Positions 47,900 through 58,449 of a stretch of 64,000 nucleotides of DNA are shown here, one piece after another. The notes under the pieces were generated by a model. The model searched no databases and had not been told where the DNA came from. It saw only the letters and a list, made by a program, of their open reading frames with translations. The first letter of the stretch is position 1. Every line of letters begins with the position of its first letter. Origin of the DNA: Phycisphaerae bacterium (GTDB lineage Bacteria > Planctomycetota > Phycisphaerae > UBA1845). The stretch lies in the NCBI GenBank assembly GCA_963666835.2, contig CAXXGO010000006.1, forward strand, positions 928,001 to 992,000. The letters are read 5' to 3'. The position numbers and the translations under genes were made by a program.

Positions 47900-50833
47900 T
47901 CAGAAATCACCCAGTTCTCTATCTTCCTCCAGCAAGGCGTGCCCGTCGCACGGCTTGCCGCCCACCTTCAGGTTCTCTTGATAATGACTGCCGGCTGAGG
48001 CAGCCACCGGAACCGGTGCGCGCTGCGGTTCCCGGTGGAGGCGGGTGACACCGGCCGTGGGCTGGGGCGCCTGCGGTGGTGGAGCGGCGGCCGCCATCGG
48101 CGGGGCACTGACGGTAGTGGTTTCGTTCGTCGTGCCTTTGACCATCTGAACCAACTCATTCACGAGAATCTGGGCCGCCTGAGCTTGAGCCGACATCTCC
48201 TCGGCAGCCGCGGCAGATTCCTCGGCACCCGCGGCATTCTGTTGCGTGACCTGATCCATCTGCGACACCGCGGTGTTGACCTGCTCGACGCCCTGGGCCT
48301 GCTCTTCACTTGCCCGGGCGATCCCCTCAATCAGTCCGGTCACTTTGGAGACATCACTTACGATCACGCTAAGGGCCTTTCCCACCTCGTCGGCCACGTC
48401 GGCACCCTCCTTGGCCTTGAGGACGGAATCCTCGATCAGCCCGGTAGTCTCGCGGGCGGCTTGGGCGGCGCGTTGGGCCAGGTTACGAACCTCGTCGGCT
48501 ACTACTGCGAAACCTTTGCCGTGTTCCCCGGCGCGAGCGGCTTCAACCGCCGCATTCAGTGCCAGCAGGTTGGTTTGGAACGCGATCTCCTCGATCACCT
48601 TGATAATCTTACTGATCTGGCCGGACGACTCGTTTATTCCGGTCATCGCCTGGTTGAGCTGGTGCATGGTACGATCGCCCTCTTCGGCGGCGGCCCGGGC
48701 GCTTCCGCTGAGCTCATTCGCCTGCTTAGCGTTCTGCGCGTTCGTGCGCGTCATGGCCGCCATCTGTTCGAGGGCGCTCGAAGTCTCTTCGAGGGAGGAA
48801 GCTTGTTCGCTGGCTCCGGCGGCCAGCTCCTGGGCCGAGGTGGATACCTGGTTGGAGCCATCCGTCACCTGGGCGGCGTTCTCGGACATTCCCTCGATGA
48901 TCCGATTGAAGGTCTTTGCCGTTTCCTTTAGCTCGGCGGGGCTGAAGGTCTTTAATCCTCTGAAGATCTCCCTGAACGGACGGGTGATTCCGCGGGTGAT
49001 GATTAGGCTGACCGCCGTCACCACAATCACGGCACCGACGGCCAACATACCGACCCAGGTCAGAAGGGTGGTGCCCGCCGCATTAGCCGTCTCGTTCATT
49101 CCCGTCACCGCAGCCATCGCAACGGCTTCGTCGATTTCGCAGACCAGCGCCCATTTCGTGCCGAGAATGTCCAACGGCGCCCACGCCGATAATACGGAGC
49201 TTCCGAGGTAGTCTTCGATGACCTTGGCCTCGGTCGTCCCGCTTAGTGCCCCGCGGGTGGCGTCGGTGTTCACCTTGTTGCCCTGCACGAACGAGGCCGC
49301 GATGGTGTACCGATCGGGATTGAGGATTGAGTCGGACCGCATATATCCGTCCGCCCCGACCAGATAAGCCTCGAGGGTCTTCTCCTTGCTCGAGCCCGCG
49401 GCCATCATCTCGCTGATCGACGCATCCGAAAGCTGCAGCGCCACGATCATGTCGATGTTGCCATCGTACACGATCGGCTGGGCAAGGAACGCCGCCGGAA
49501 CGCCGTTGCTCGGGGCATACGGCTCGAAGTCACCGAAGGTGAACCTCCTTGTGTCAAGACATTGTCGCACTGCTCTGCCCAGGCTCGAATCGGAGTACTT
49601 TCCGTTGATCAGGTTCGTCTGATAGTCCGACTCTCGCCCCACCGTGTAGAAGCAGTAGCCGTCGGGGTTCAGCAGGAACAGATCGTAATAACCGTAAAGG
49701 TCGGTGTACTTGCTGAAGAAGTACGTACCGGCTTCGTCTTTAGGGCAGAACGCTTCGGCCACATCCATCTCCGACACCATCGCCCAACGAACGCCGCTGC
49801 CGACTTCCACCGCATTCCAGCAGGACAGAACCGGGTTCCCGTTGTAGTCACCGATGATCTTCTGATCCTCACCACCGGCGAGTGCCCCCCGGGTGGCTTC
49901 AGTATCGACTCTGTTGTTGCTCTTAAAGGAGGCCTCAACAGAGTACTTGTCCGGATTCAGGAACGAGTCCGACCTCATCAGAAGATCTTGCCCCACCAGA
50001 TAAGACTCGCCGGTCTCCCCCATGCCGTCGCGGATCAGCATGATCTCATTGATCTTGTCGATTGGAATCTGAAACGCGACATAGCCGGCGAGCTTACCCG
50101 CCTCGTCGTGCATCTGGCCCATCATGAAGCCGGCCGGGGCTCCGTTTGACGGGGCATAGGGAGCGAAGTCCGCCACGACGATCTCATCAGACCTCATCTT
50201 CCGGGCTTTCGCAAAGGCGTCGCCCATCGGACTGTCCCGAAGTTCACTGTTGGGGATGGTCATCCCCAGATCCGACTCACGCGCAACCGTATAGACAATG
50301 TTGCCGTCCGGGTGAACCAGAAACAGATCATACCACCCGTTATCCTCCATGAGGTCCCTCATGCGCCCTTCGTACTTCTCCGCCAGGGTCTTCCACTGTG
50401 GAGTATCGATCCGGCCTCCGCCCTCTTCGAAGGCCTTTTCCAGTTCGAGCAGGGCTTGGGCCGTGTATGGATCGTCCTTCACCACGCGCAGTTGCTGTTT
50501 CATGCCGTTGAGGTAGTTCTCGATGAAGGACTTTTTGATTTTCTGGATGGACTCCAGCTTGGCGAAGGCCTCCGCCCGAAGAGTGCCGACCGTCTCTGCC
50601 AGCACGCCCATATCGGCCTGGCGTTCATCGAAGAAAGACTCGATCTGTTTCTTCTTTACGTCCCGCAGCGCCGTGAGTTGGTCGTAGGCGTTCTTCTCCA
50701 ATGCGGCACTACCTCGATCGCGAATGGTCCCCATACCATCATCAGCAGTGCTATAGCTGACGTAGGCGACCACCAGGAGCGGGACTAAGCCGCAGCCAAG
50801 AAAACACGCAACCAGTTTTGTTCCGAGCTTCAT
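47900..50833 (-). CDS. Methyl-accepting chemotaxis protein with duplicated Cache-like sensor domains
   Basis: Two TM helices; repeated YDLFL...[46 protein letters not shown]. Confidence 0.93.
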   Translation of the reverse strand: MKLGTKLVACFLGCGLVPLLVVAYVSYSTADDGMGTIRDRGSAALEKNAYDQLTALRDVKKKQIESFFDERQADMGVLAETVGTLRAEAFAKLESIQKIKKSFIENYLNGMKQQLRVVKDDPYTAQALLELEKAFEEGGGRIDTPQWKTLAEKYEGRMRDLMEDNGWYDLFLVHPDGNIVYTVARESDLGMTIPNSELRDSPMGDAFAKARKMRSDEIVVADFAPYAPSNGAPAGFMMGQMHDEAGKLAGYVAFQIPIDKINEIMLIRDGMGETGESYLVGQDLLMRSDSFLNPDKYSVEASFKSNNRVDTEATRGALAGGEDQKIIGDYNGNPVLSCWNAVEVGSGVRWAMVSEMDVAEAFCPKDEAGTYFFSKYTDLYGYYDLFLLNPDGYCFYTVGRESDYQTNLINGKYSDSSLGRAVRQCLDTRRFTFGDFEPYAPSNGVPAAFLAQPIVYDGNIDMIVALQLSDASISEMMAAGSSKEKTLEAYLVGADGYMRSDSILNPDRYTIAASFVQGNKVNTDATRGALSGTTEAKVIEDYLGSSVLSAWAPLDILGTKWALVCEIDEAVAMAAVTGMNETANAAGTTLLTWVGMLAVGAVIVVTAVSLIITRGITRPFREIFRGLKTFSPAELKETAKTFNRIIEGMSENAAQVTDGSNQVSTSAQELAAGASEQASSLEETSSALEQMAAMTRTNAQNAKQANELSGSARAAAEEGDRTMHQLNQAMTGINESSGQISKIIKVIEEIAFQTNLLALNAAVEAARAGEHGKGFAVVADEVRNLAQRAAQAARETTGLIEDSVLKAKEGADVADEVGKALSVIVSDVSKVTGLIEGIARASEEQAQGVEQVNTAVSQMDQVTQQNAAGAEESAAAAEEMSAQAQAAQILVNELVQMVKGTTNETTTVSAPPMAAAAPPPQAPQPTAGVTRLHREPQRAPVPVAASAGSHYQENLKVGGKPCDGHALLEEDRELGDF

Positions 50834-51237
50834 GTTCAATGTCTCCGTTTGCCTCGACCACCAACGACACGAGTTGTTCGTTATGACCTGTGTGTCATTT
50901 GTCACGCCGTGACCGGGTCATTACGGCACCCGCCTTGGATGCCCCGACTCAGTTCGTAATGTTCCCAATTGATCTGCTCGGCATCCGTTTGCTTGCCGAA
51001 TGCCTGTCTAAGCACTTGTGATTAGTGCCGAGTTCCAACCTGCCCCTGAACTGCCTTTAGTCGGCGCTGGAAAACGACGACCATTCCCATCCGGGCTCTC
51101 ATCCATCGACGCTTGAGGTGCTCCAATCGATGATGGTTTACCCCTGTATTGCTTCCGTTGTATTCGCCGATAACACTCGCTTGCCCTATAAACACTCGAT
51201 TGTCAGACTAGGTTAGTGCCGGCGTTGTCGGTATGGG

Positions 51238-53535
51238 TTAACGGCTGACGGTGGATGATGGGCTTTCGGCTGGCCCGGCGAGTATGGTAACGGCATCGGG
51301 AGCTTGTTCCCTGCGAAGGGAGGATTGTCTTACGATAGCCTCGATCAGTTCTCGACGGTTGACGGGCTTGGTGGTGTAGTCATCGCAGCCGGCGCTTAGG
51401 CATCTTCCGCGATCGGCCTCCATGGCGTGGGCCGTCAGGGCGATGATAGGACGTTCATAGCCCTGCTTCCGCAAGGTCTGGGTCGCTTCATACCCGTCCA
51501 TGATCGGCATCTGCATGTCCATCAGGATTACGTCATACGGTGCGGGATCGTCCGATCTTCGTCTGAAATGGGCGGCCAGCGCCATCCGGACTGCCACCTC
51601 TCCGTTCTCGGCGACGGCGACCACCGCTCCGGCCTTCTGGAGGATGTGCACGATAAGACGCTGATTGTCCGGACCGTCTTCCGCCAGGAGAATCCGGTGT
51701 CCGCTCAGGCTCGGGAGGTCGGAATCGGCGGCAGCGCGGTGGGTGTCCATGCAGACGGCGGCGGCCGAGGCGGGATCCTCTATCATTGGGACCCCTTCCA
51801 GCGGACCTGTGGCCACGGTGGCGCGGAAGCGCGTGCCGATGTTCTCTCGAGACTCGAGGACGCAAATATCTCCGCCGAGCATCTGCGCCAGTCGTTTGCT
51901 GATGGTGAGCCCCAGCCCGGTACCGCCGAATTTGCGAGTCATCGACGCGTCCGCCTGGGTGAAGGGGCGAAACAGCCGGGCGATTTGTGCATCGCTCATC
52001 CCGATGCCGGAGTCTTCCACGTCGAATTCGATGAGTGGCTCGGCTTCGGGTTGCTCCACAAGGCGGGTGACCAATCGGACCCGACCCTTGTCGGTGAACT
52101 TGATTGCGTTGCTTATCAGGTTCGCCAGGATCTGTCGGAGCCGCGTGGGATCGGAGAGAATCCTCGCAGGAAGCGGGCCGTCGAATTCGACCCGAAAACC
52201 CAACTTCTTGTCGACTGCGCGGTTCTTTGTGAGGGCCTGAATCTCCGCGATGATCTCAACCGGCGAGCAGGAGATCCTCTCGATCTCCACGCGGCCGGCC
52301 TCGATTTTCGACGTGTCCAGGACATCGTCAATGATCTGTTGGAGGTGCGCCCCGTTGCGGCATATTGTCTGGACGGCGCGCACTCTCTCTTCTTCGGAAA
52401 GCTCGGAATCGAGTAGGCTATCCGCAAAGCCGAGGATGGCGGTCATAGGGGTCCGGATCTCGTGGCTCATGTTGGCCAGGAATTCGGATTTGAATCGGGT
52501 CGCGGATTCGGCGGCTTCCTTCGCGTCACGTAATTCTCTTTCCATCCGTTTCCGCTCGATAATCTCCTGCTGAAGATGGTCGTTACTCTCCCGCAAGCTG
52601 GCGGTGCGCTCGGCGACGAGATCTTCAAGATGAGTGCGGTACTCCTGAAGCTCTTTCTCTGTTTTCTTGCGGTCGGTTATGTCTCTGAAGAAGCCGACGT
52701 TGCAGTTTCGGCCGCCGATCATGCAGTTGGCTCCGCTGATGTCCACATAGACAATTGAACCATCCCGACGCAGGCAAGGAACGTCGGAGATGAAGGGGAC
52801 GTGGCCGGCAGCGGACCGATCGTAGGCCGAAATCACGTCTTGGAGGCTCTCCGGCGGGTGAATGTTCTCGATGCCGAGTCGGATCAGTTCAGCCTCGGGG
52901 TACCCCAGCAGCCGGCAAACCGCCGGGTTAGCGTAGACCAGTCGTCTCGTCTCCACATCGCAGATCAGAATTCCATCTGCGCTCGTCTCGAACAGGATTC
53001 GATAACGGGCCTCCGAATGCCAGGCCGCTCGCTCGGCCGAGCGGCGTTCGGCGATTTCCCGGCTCAAGGCCTTGTTGGCCGCTTCCAGCTCCGCGGTCCG
53101 TGCCCGAACTCGTTCTTTGAGGTCCCGTTGGTATCTGCGGTTCTCTTGGATTAAGCGGGAACGCTCCAAGGCCTTTTGAACGGTGTGGTGGAGCACCTCC
53201 ATGTCAGTCAGCGGTTTGAGCAAATAATCCCAGGCGCCGCGATGAAGAGCTTCGATTGCATCCGTGAAAGTACCCATCCCGGAGATCACGACCAACGGGG
53301 TATCGGGAGACTCGCGATGAACGGCTTCGAGGACTTCCAGACCGCTGACTTCCGGCATTCGCAGATCAACGAGGATCGCATCGGGCTTCTCTCGGCGAAA
53401 CAGCTCCAGCCCTACCCGGCCGTTCTCCGCCATTAGCACGTCATAACCGTGGTCCTCCAGAAGCGCGGCGAAACTCTCGCAGATGACCGCGTCATCATCG
53501 ATGGTCAGGATCTTCGCGGGTGGGTCAACCGTCAT
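51238..53535 (-). CDS. Hybrid histidine kinase (REC-PAS-HisKA-HATPase-REC)
   Basis: FLANMSHEIRTPM, NAIKFT, GGTGLGL and two receiver domains. Confidence 0.92.
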   Translation of the reverse strand: MTVDPPAKILTIDDDAVICESFAALLEDHGYDVLMAENGRVGLELFRREKPDAILVDLRMPEVSGLEVLEAVHRESPDTPLVVISGMGTFTDAIEALHRGAWDYLLKPLTDMEVLHHTVQKALERSRLIQENRRYQRDLKERVRARTAELEAANKALSREIAERRSAERAAWHSEARYRILFETSADGILICDVETRRLVYANPAVCRLLGYPEAELIRLGIENIHPPESLQDVISAYDRSAAGHVPFISDVPCLRRDGSIVYVDISGANCMIGGRNCNVGFFRDITDRKKTEKELQEYRTHLEDLVAERTASLRESNDHLQQEIIERKRMERELRDAKEAAESATRFKSEFLANMSHEIRTPMTAILGFADSLLDSELSEEERVRAVQTICRNGAHLQQIIDDVLDTSKIEAGRVEIERISCSPVEIIAEIQALTKNRAVDKKLGFRVEFDGPLPARILSDPTRLRQILANLISNAIKFTDKGRVRLVTRLVEQPEAEPLIEFDVEDSGIGMSDAQIARLFRPFTQADASMTRKFGGTGLGLTISKRLAQMLGGDICVLESRENIGTRFRATVATGPLEGVPMIEDPASAAAVCMDTHRAAADSDLPSLSGHRILLAEDGPDNQRLIVHILQKAGAVVAVAENGEVAVRMALAAHFRRRSDDPAPYDVILMDMQMPIMDGYEATQTLRKQGYERPIIALTAHAMEADRGRCLSAGCDDYTTKPVNRRELIEAIVRQSSLRREQAPDAVTILAGPAESPSSTVSR

Positions 53536-53596
53536 TGATCGGCCTCCCAATCGGCGACAACGAGGATCTTGCAGAAGTCAAACGAATTCACGCCGG

Positions 53597-54514
53597 TCAG
53601 TCCTGTTCATTCCGTGCTGCGCCAGGGTTGGCAGCGTTTCCCGGACTCTCAGGATTAGCAGAGTCCGTGGCGGCTGGTTCCTGCGGCTGCGCCGCGACGT
53701 TAAGTTCCTCCAGCAGTGAGATCGTCCCCTCGGCAGTCGACATCCGGTCCGGAAAGAGGGTTCGGAGAGTGTCCAGCAAATCCAGGGCTTTGTTCACGCG
53801 GCTAACGCTGATTCCCTGAACGGTCGGCGAGGACGCTTTGCGGATCAGGGCCCGAATCTCGCGCGTTCCGATGCGGACGATTGCCTCAGCCACGTGGCGG
53901 ACGGGCCTGTTGCCGGCGTACTCGGGCGTATTAGCCAGCCGAATCAACCTTTCACCCAGCAAACTGGTATCGGGAATCAGCTCCCGAAAACTGCCTGCTT
54001 CGATCAGCTCGTTCCGATCCGCGCCGCGTTCCGCCGTCGTGATGATCTTGGCGTCTTGGAGTGTCATCCGCATCTCCCGGAACTCTTCGACCGGCAGTTC
54101 TCTTGGGGGGGGCTCGTTGCGGCCCCGGCGTCTTGCACAGTCACGTATCTCTTCGAGAAGACGGCCCTTGCTGAGCGGCTTGCACAAGAGATGATCGCAG
54201 CCCATTCGGCGGGCTATCATCACATTGTCTTTGCTACAGGCGGCACTTTGGACGATGACATCGATGTCGCTGAGCTCGGCCAGGGACTTTATCGTTCGAA
54301 TCACCGCGAACCCGTTCATTCGCGGCATCATCAGGTCCAGTAAGATGATGTCCGGGTGGTGCGCGCCGGCCAAGCGGATGGCTTCGTCTCCGGATTCGGC
54401 GCGCAGTACGCTCCATACTTCGTCCTCCAGAAACTCCTCGATCAGGTCCAAGCCGTCCGGGATATCGTCGACGGCGAGGACGGCTTGCGAGAAAAGTCCG
54501 GGTCCCTCAGCCAC
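53597..54514 (-). CDS. Response regulator with HDOD-like C-terminal fragment
   Basis: LLDLMMP...KP; RLIRLANTPEY...VAEAIVRIG. Confidence 0.75.
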   Translation of the reverse strand: MAEGPGLFSQAVLAVDDIPDGLDLIEEFLEDEVWSVLRAESGDEAIRLAGAHHPDIILLDLMMPRMNGFAVIRTIKSLAELSDIDVIVQSAACSKDNVMIARRMGCDHLLCKPLSKGRLLEEIRDCARRRGRNEPPPRELPVEEFREMRMTLQDAKIITTAERGADRNELIEAGSFRELIPDTSLLGERLIRLANTPEYAGNRPVRHVAEAIVRIGTREIRALIRKASSPTVQGISVSRVNKALDLLDTLRTLFPDRMSTAEGTISLLEELNVAAQPQEPAATDSANPESPGNAANPGAARNEQD

Positions 54515-54905
54515 CGTCCGCTCCTGCCGTCACCGGCATTCCCAGGCAGTCTCGTACCGCGGCCAGGAAGACTCCAACGTCCAGTGGCTTGCAGAGCATG
54601 TACGCAAGCCCGGCTCCAACCACCCGGCGGCCGTGTTCCTTGGTGGGAAACGCCGTTTGGATAATGACCGGGATACTCTCCATATCCGGGTTTGCCCGGA
54701 TTATATCCAGAAGAGCGAACCCATTCATATCCGGCATCATAAGATCCAGGATAATGAGATCCGGGACGGTATCCTTCAGGATATTGAGGGCCTCCGGTCC
54801 CGACGTGGCACAAACGACGGGCAGGTCAATCAAGTCCAGGGACTCCCGGATCAGGTCCAACGAGTCGAGATCATCGTCTACCGCCAAGATGGTTTTTTTT
54901 CTCAT
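54507..54905 (-). CDS. Single-domain response regulator
   Basis: AVDD, ILDLMMPDMNG and KP. Confidence 0.9.
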   Translation of the reverse strand: MRKKTILAVDDDLDSLDLIRESLDLIDLPVVCATSGPEALNILKDTVPDLIILDLMMPDMNGFALLDIIRANPDMESIPVIIQTAFPTKEHGRRVVGAGLAYMLCKPLDVGVFLAAVRDCLGMPVTAGADGG

Positions 54906-54956
54906 GTTTATGGTTCACATCGGCCCCGTTGAGCCGTATCGTTCGGCAACCTTAAA

Positions 54957-55409
54957 CTAGGTGCCTACCGAGTGCCGCCGGAGGGCATTTCGCACCCGGG
55001 CACATAGTTCCGCTTTGTCAAACGGTTTACATATATAGTCGTCCGCTCCCAACTCCAATCCGGCAACCACGTCGCCGCTGCTGAGCCGTTCGGCAGTCAG
55101 GAAGATCACCGGGATTTCGGCCGCAAAAGGGTGCTGCTTCATCGCGCGGCACAGTTCGTGCCCGTCGACATCCGGCATTTGAATATCAAGCAGTACCAGA
55201 TCGGGCGGGTCCTGCTTCACGATGTCCCAGGCGGTTCTTGCGTTCTGTGCCGTGACTACCGTCCACGGCTCTTCTTCGAAGATATCCACGATCAGCTCGA
55301 GGTTGTCCGATATGTCATCGACAACCAAGACCGTCGGTTGCCGGGCCTTATCGAGGGCCGACAGGGCGTCCTCCAATTCGCCGTCGTTCATGAAACCGGT
55401 CATGGCCAT
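54957..55409 (-). CDS. Single-domain response regulator
   Basis: VVDD, LLDIQMP, FLTA and GADDYICKPF. Confidence 0.88.
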   Translation of the reverse strand: MAMTGFMNDGELEDALSALDKARQPTVLVVDDISDNLELIVDIFEEEPWTVVTAQNARTAWDIVKQDPPDLVLLDIQMPDVDGHELCRAMKQHPFAAEIPVIFLTAERLSSGDVVAGLELGADDYICKPFDKAELCARVRNALRRHSVGT

Positions 55410-55524
55410 ATCTCTGGATCCGCACTTCGGCCTTGGGTAATATGCACCTCGCAAAGCTCCCGGGTGCCGCCGCGAGTACGGCGACTTGTGGCGGCGCCAC
55501 ATCCGAATCGCCGATCCGCCGGGT

Positions 55525-55971
55525 TCATGCTCGGGCGGGATGTCGTTGGTGCGCCCGGATCGCCGCCCGGATCCGATCCAGCAGCAGGGCCTTGTTGATG
55601 GGTTTGCACAGATAGTCGCACGCCCCCATCTTGAGCCCTTCCTCGATTTCTTCCGGGGCCGTATGCTCGGCCGTCAGGAAGATGATCGGGATGTCGTCCA
55701 TTTCCGATTGCGAGCGGACGGCGGAACAGATGTGCCGTCCATCAACGCCGGGCATACGAATGTCGAGCAGAATCAGATCCGGATGCCAACGTTTGATTAT
55801 CGCCCAAGCGTCGATGCCACTATCAACGGTCTTGACATTCCAGGGTTCTCCCTGAAAAAGCTCTACAATGAGATCGAGGTTATCCTGGTTATCGTCCACG
55901 ACCAGCACCTTGGGCCACCGGCTATGCGCGGCCGCAGCATGGGTCTCATCGTGCGTGAGATGGTCTGTCAT
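55525..55971 (-). CDS. Single-domain response regulator
   Basis: VVDD, LLDIRMP, FLTA and GACDYLCKP. Confidence 0.88.
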   Translation of the reverse strand: MTDHLTHDETHAAAAHSRWPKVLVVDDNQDNLDLIVELFQGEPWNVKTVDSGIDAWAIIKRWHPDLILLDIRMPGVDGRHICSAVRSQSEMDDIPIIFLTAEHTAPEEIEEGLKMGACDYLCKPINKALLLDRIRAAIRAHQRHPARA

Positions 55972-56030
55972 TATGCAATCTCCCAAGTGAATGCGGCCGT
56001 CAGTGCCGGCCTGGTGTACGGCGGTCAGGT

Positions 56031-56414
56031 CTATCCGGCACTATTTGCGTTCTGCCGGTCGAGGAATCGATCAATCATGCTCCGGAGTTCCTTAATATTG
56101 ACTGGTTTGGCCAAGTACTCGTCGCAACCCGCTTCGAGGCATTTCTGACGGTCGCCGGCCATGGCGTGCGCGGTCAAGGCCACAACGGGAATATCCGCCG
56201 ACTCCGGGTTCGCCCGCAGCATCCGAGTGACTTCCCAACCATCCAAACCGGGCAATGCCATATCCAGTAGGATAATATCGGGCTTTGCCGCTTTGACCTG
56301 GTCCAGGCCCTGCTGCCCGGTGACGGCATGCACTATGTTGTGCGCGTCCTCCAGGGCGTCCTCGATCAGATCGTAGTTGTCCTGAGTATCTTCAATAACA
56401 AGAACGGTACTCAT
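56031..56414 (-). CDS. DivK-like single-domain response regulator
   Basis: VIED, LLDMALPGLDGW and ALTAHAMAGDRQKCLEAGCDEYLAKP. Confidence 0.9.
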   Translation of the reverse strand: MSTVLVIEDTQDNYDLIEDALEDAHNIVHAVTGQQGLDQVKAAKPDIILLDMALPGLDGWEVTRMLRANPESADIPVVALTAHAMAGDRQKCLEAGCDEYLAKPVNIKELRSMIDRFLDRQNANSAG

Positions 56415-58449
56415 ACATGGACTCCAGGGTTTCGGTATTGCACTCCGCCACGAGGGACTCGGCAATGTCCAGAAGCAACGCGGGCGTCGCAATGCCGTGT
56501 TCGCGGATGGAAGCGTCCTCGGCACGGAACAGTCGACTGACACCCGCCGGTTCGACCGGTGGGGGGATCACGCCGACGATTCGCACGGAGGCCCACTCGG
56601 CAATTGCCCCGATCCGTCCGAGAAGGTCGACCAGGTCGGCCTTTGTATCGCAGAGGTCCACAACCAGGGCGGCTATGTCCCCGGAGGATAGCTCCCTGAT
56701 TACCGCATCCGGATTGTCAACTGCCCGAATGTCAAAACGCCCAATTCTCGTCAGTGCGGCTACGAGCTTCGCGCGGGTTTCGTCAGCAGGCATGAACACT
56801 ACCGCGGCGCCGGCAGTGCAGCCCACGGCCTCCAGCGTCTTTTCGTCATCCGGGTCAGCGATGAAGGCATCTAACGGAAACACGCAACCCAACTGGTGGT
56901 CCTCTGTCCAGGCCGTCAACCATACGTGAACGGGGTGGGATACTCCGGTAGTGAACCGACGTAACACCGCGACGGCGGCGGGCAGCCGGACGTCAATCAG
57001 AACGCCGTCCGGCGATTCGTCCGTTACGGCCTCTTGTACCGAGTCGAGATCTTCCGCGGCACGGACGTGAACGCCGTAGTTGGCTAAGTTGGCCTGTGTT
57101 AAGTCGATTGTTCCGGGATCCGCGCTGCACAACAGAAGGGTGCGGGTTACTGCGCACTCCGGCACGGTCGACGGTGAAGCGAGGTTCGCGCCGGTTTGCT
57201 CCACGCGCCACGGCAGTACGACTTCGAAGGTCGACCCGACTCCGAGCTCACTGCGTACTTCGATCGCCCCTCCCATAAGCCTGCAAAGGCTGTGGCATAT
57301 AGTGAGGCCCAAACCTGTTCCGCTTGCGCGCCTCGTTCCGGAGGAATCCACTTGGCGAAACGGATCGAACACATAGGGGAGGTGCTCCGGGGCGATTCCG
57401 ATCCCGTCGTCCGATACGGTAATCCGAAGCCCCTCCGAACTCTCAATGACGGTCACGGTAATCCTGCCGGTATCGGTGAACTTGACGGCATTACTCAGCA
57501 GGTTGGTGATAATCTGGCGCAGGCGGACTTCGTCACCTTCCCAATTACGCATGACGGTTGGCCGCTTTGCACTAAGGGTCACCGGCTTGGCCAGCAGTAG
57601 CGGGTGAATCAGCTCGACGCAATCATCGACGACTTCGGGGACGTTCACCGGAGCCACATCCAAGTCGAAACGCATTGCCTCGATCTTGGAGAGATCCAGG
57701 ATGTCGTTGATCAGGGCCAGCAATCGGCGGGCGTTTCGGCCTACCTTCTCCAACCGGGCCGCCTGCCGCGCGCTGGGAGGCTCCTTTCGGTCCGTTGCCA
57801 TCAAATCCGTAAACCCGGTGATCGAGTTCATGGGTGTACGCAATTCATGGGACATTTTGGCCAGGAATTCGTTCTTGACCCGGCTGGCGTGGGTAAGCTC
57901 CCGAGCTTTTTGGGACAATTCGGCACGCTGCTTGTGCATGATCATGCAGGTCGTCATCAACCGGCTGTTGAGAGCCTCCAAACGCTCATTCTGGGCCAGA
58001 AGCGCGTCTTGGAACGCAAGGATCCTCTTTTCCATGCGACGAAGTCGGAGCATCACGCGAACCCGAGCCAGGAGTTCTCCCCGGTCGACCGGCTTGGTGA
58101 TATAGTCGAAACCTCCGGCATCCAGACCTTCAATCACATTTCGAACCGCAGTCCGTTCAGCCGTTACGAAGATCACCGGCACGTCCCGGGTCGCCGGCTC
58201 TTGACGAAGTCGCCGACATAGCTCGAACCCGTCGATCTTGGGCATCCGCACATCCAAAATGAACAGATCAAACTGGACTTCGGCGGTCAACCTCAGCGCT
58301 TCAGCGGCGTCGCCGGCCGTAGACAGCCGGTATGGTTCGGCATCGAGCACGTCAACCATCAAATCCAGATTGTCCTGGACGTCGTCGACCACGAGCACGT
58401 GATACTCGCCCGACAGCTCCCGGGGGTCCGTCTTGGCCGGATTGGTCAT
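56392..58449 (-). CDS. Hybrid histidine kinase (REC-HisKA-HATPase plus degenerate receiver-like domains)
   Basis: [19 protein letters not shown] and GTGLGL. Confidence 0.9.
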   Translation of the reverse strand: MTNPAKTDPRELSGEYHVLVVDDVQDNLDLMVDVLDAEPYRLSTAGDAAEALRLTAEVQFDLFILDVRMPKIDGFELCRRLRQEPATRDVPVIFVTAERTAVRNVIEGLDAGGFDYITKPVDRGELLARVRVMLRLRRMEKRILAFQDALLAQNERLEALNSRLMTTCMIMHKQRAELSQKARELTHASRVKNEFLAKMSHELRTPMNSITGFTDLMATDRKEPPSARQAARLEKVGRNARRLLALINDILDLSKIEAMRFDLDVAPVNVPEVVDDCVELIHPLLLAKPVTLSAKRPTVMRNWEGDEVRLRQIITNLLSNAVKFTDTGRITVTVIESSEGLRITVSDDGIGIAPEHLPYVFDPFRQVDSSGTRRASGTGLGLTICHSLCRLMGGAIEVRSELGVGSTFEVVLPWRVEQTGANLASPSTVPECAVTRTLLLCSADPGTIDLTQANLANYGVHVRAAEDLDSVQEAVTDESPDGVLIDVRLPAAVAVLRRFTTGVSHPVHVWLTAWTEDHQLGCVFPLDAFIADPDDEKTLEAVGCTAGAAVVFMPADETRAKLVAALTRIGRFDIRAVDNPDAVIRELSSGDIAALVVDLCDTKADLVDLLGRIGAIAEWASVRIVGVIPPPVEPAGVSRLFRAEDASIREHGIATPALLLDIAESLVAECNTETLESMYEYRSCY

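Noticed and set aside
50905..51237. Riboswitch or sigma28 promoter upstream of the MCP
   Set aside because: GCCGATAA at about 51166 is on the wrong strand and lacks a TAAA -35, and no riboswitch consensus was recognised.
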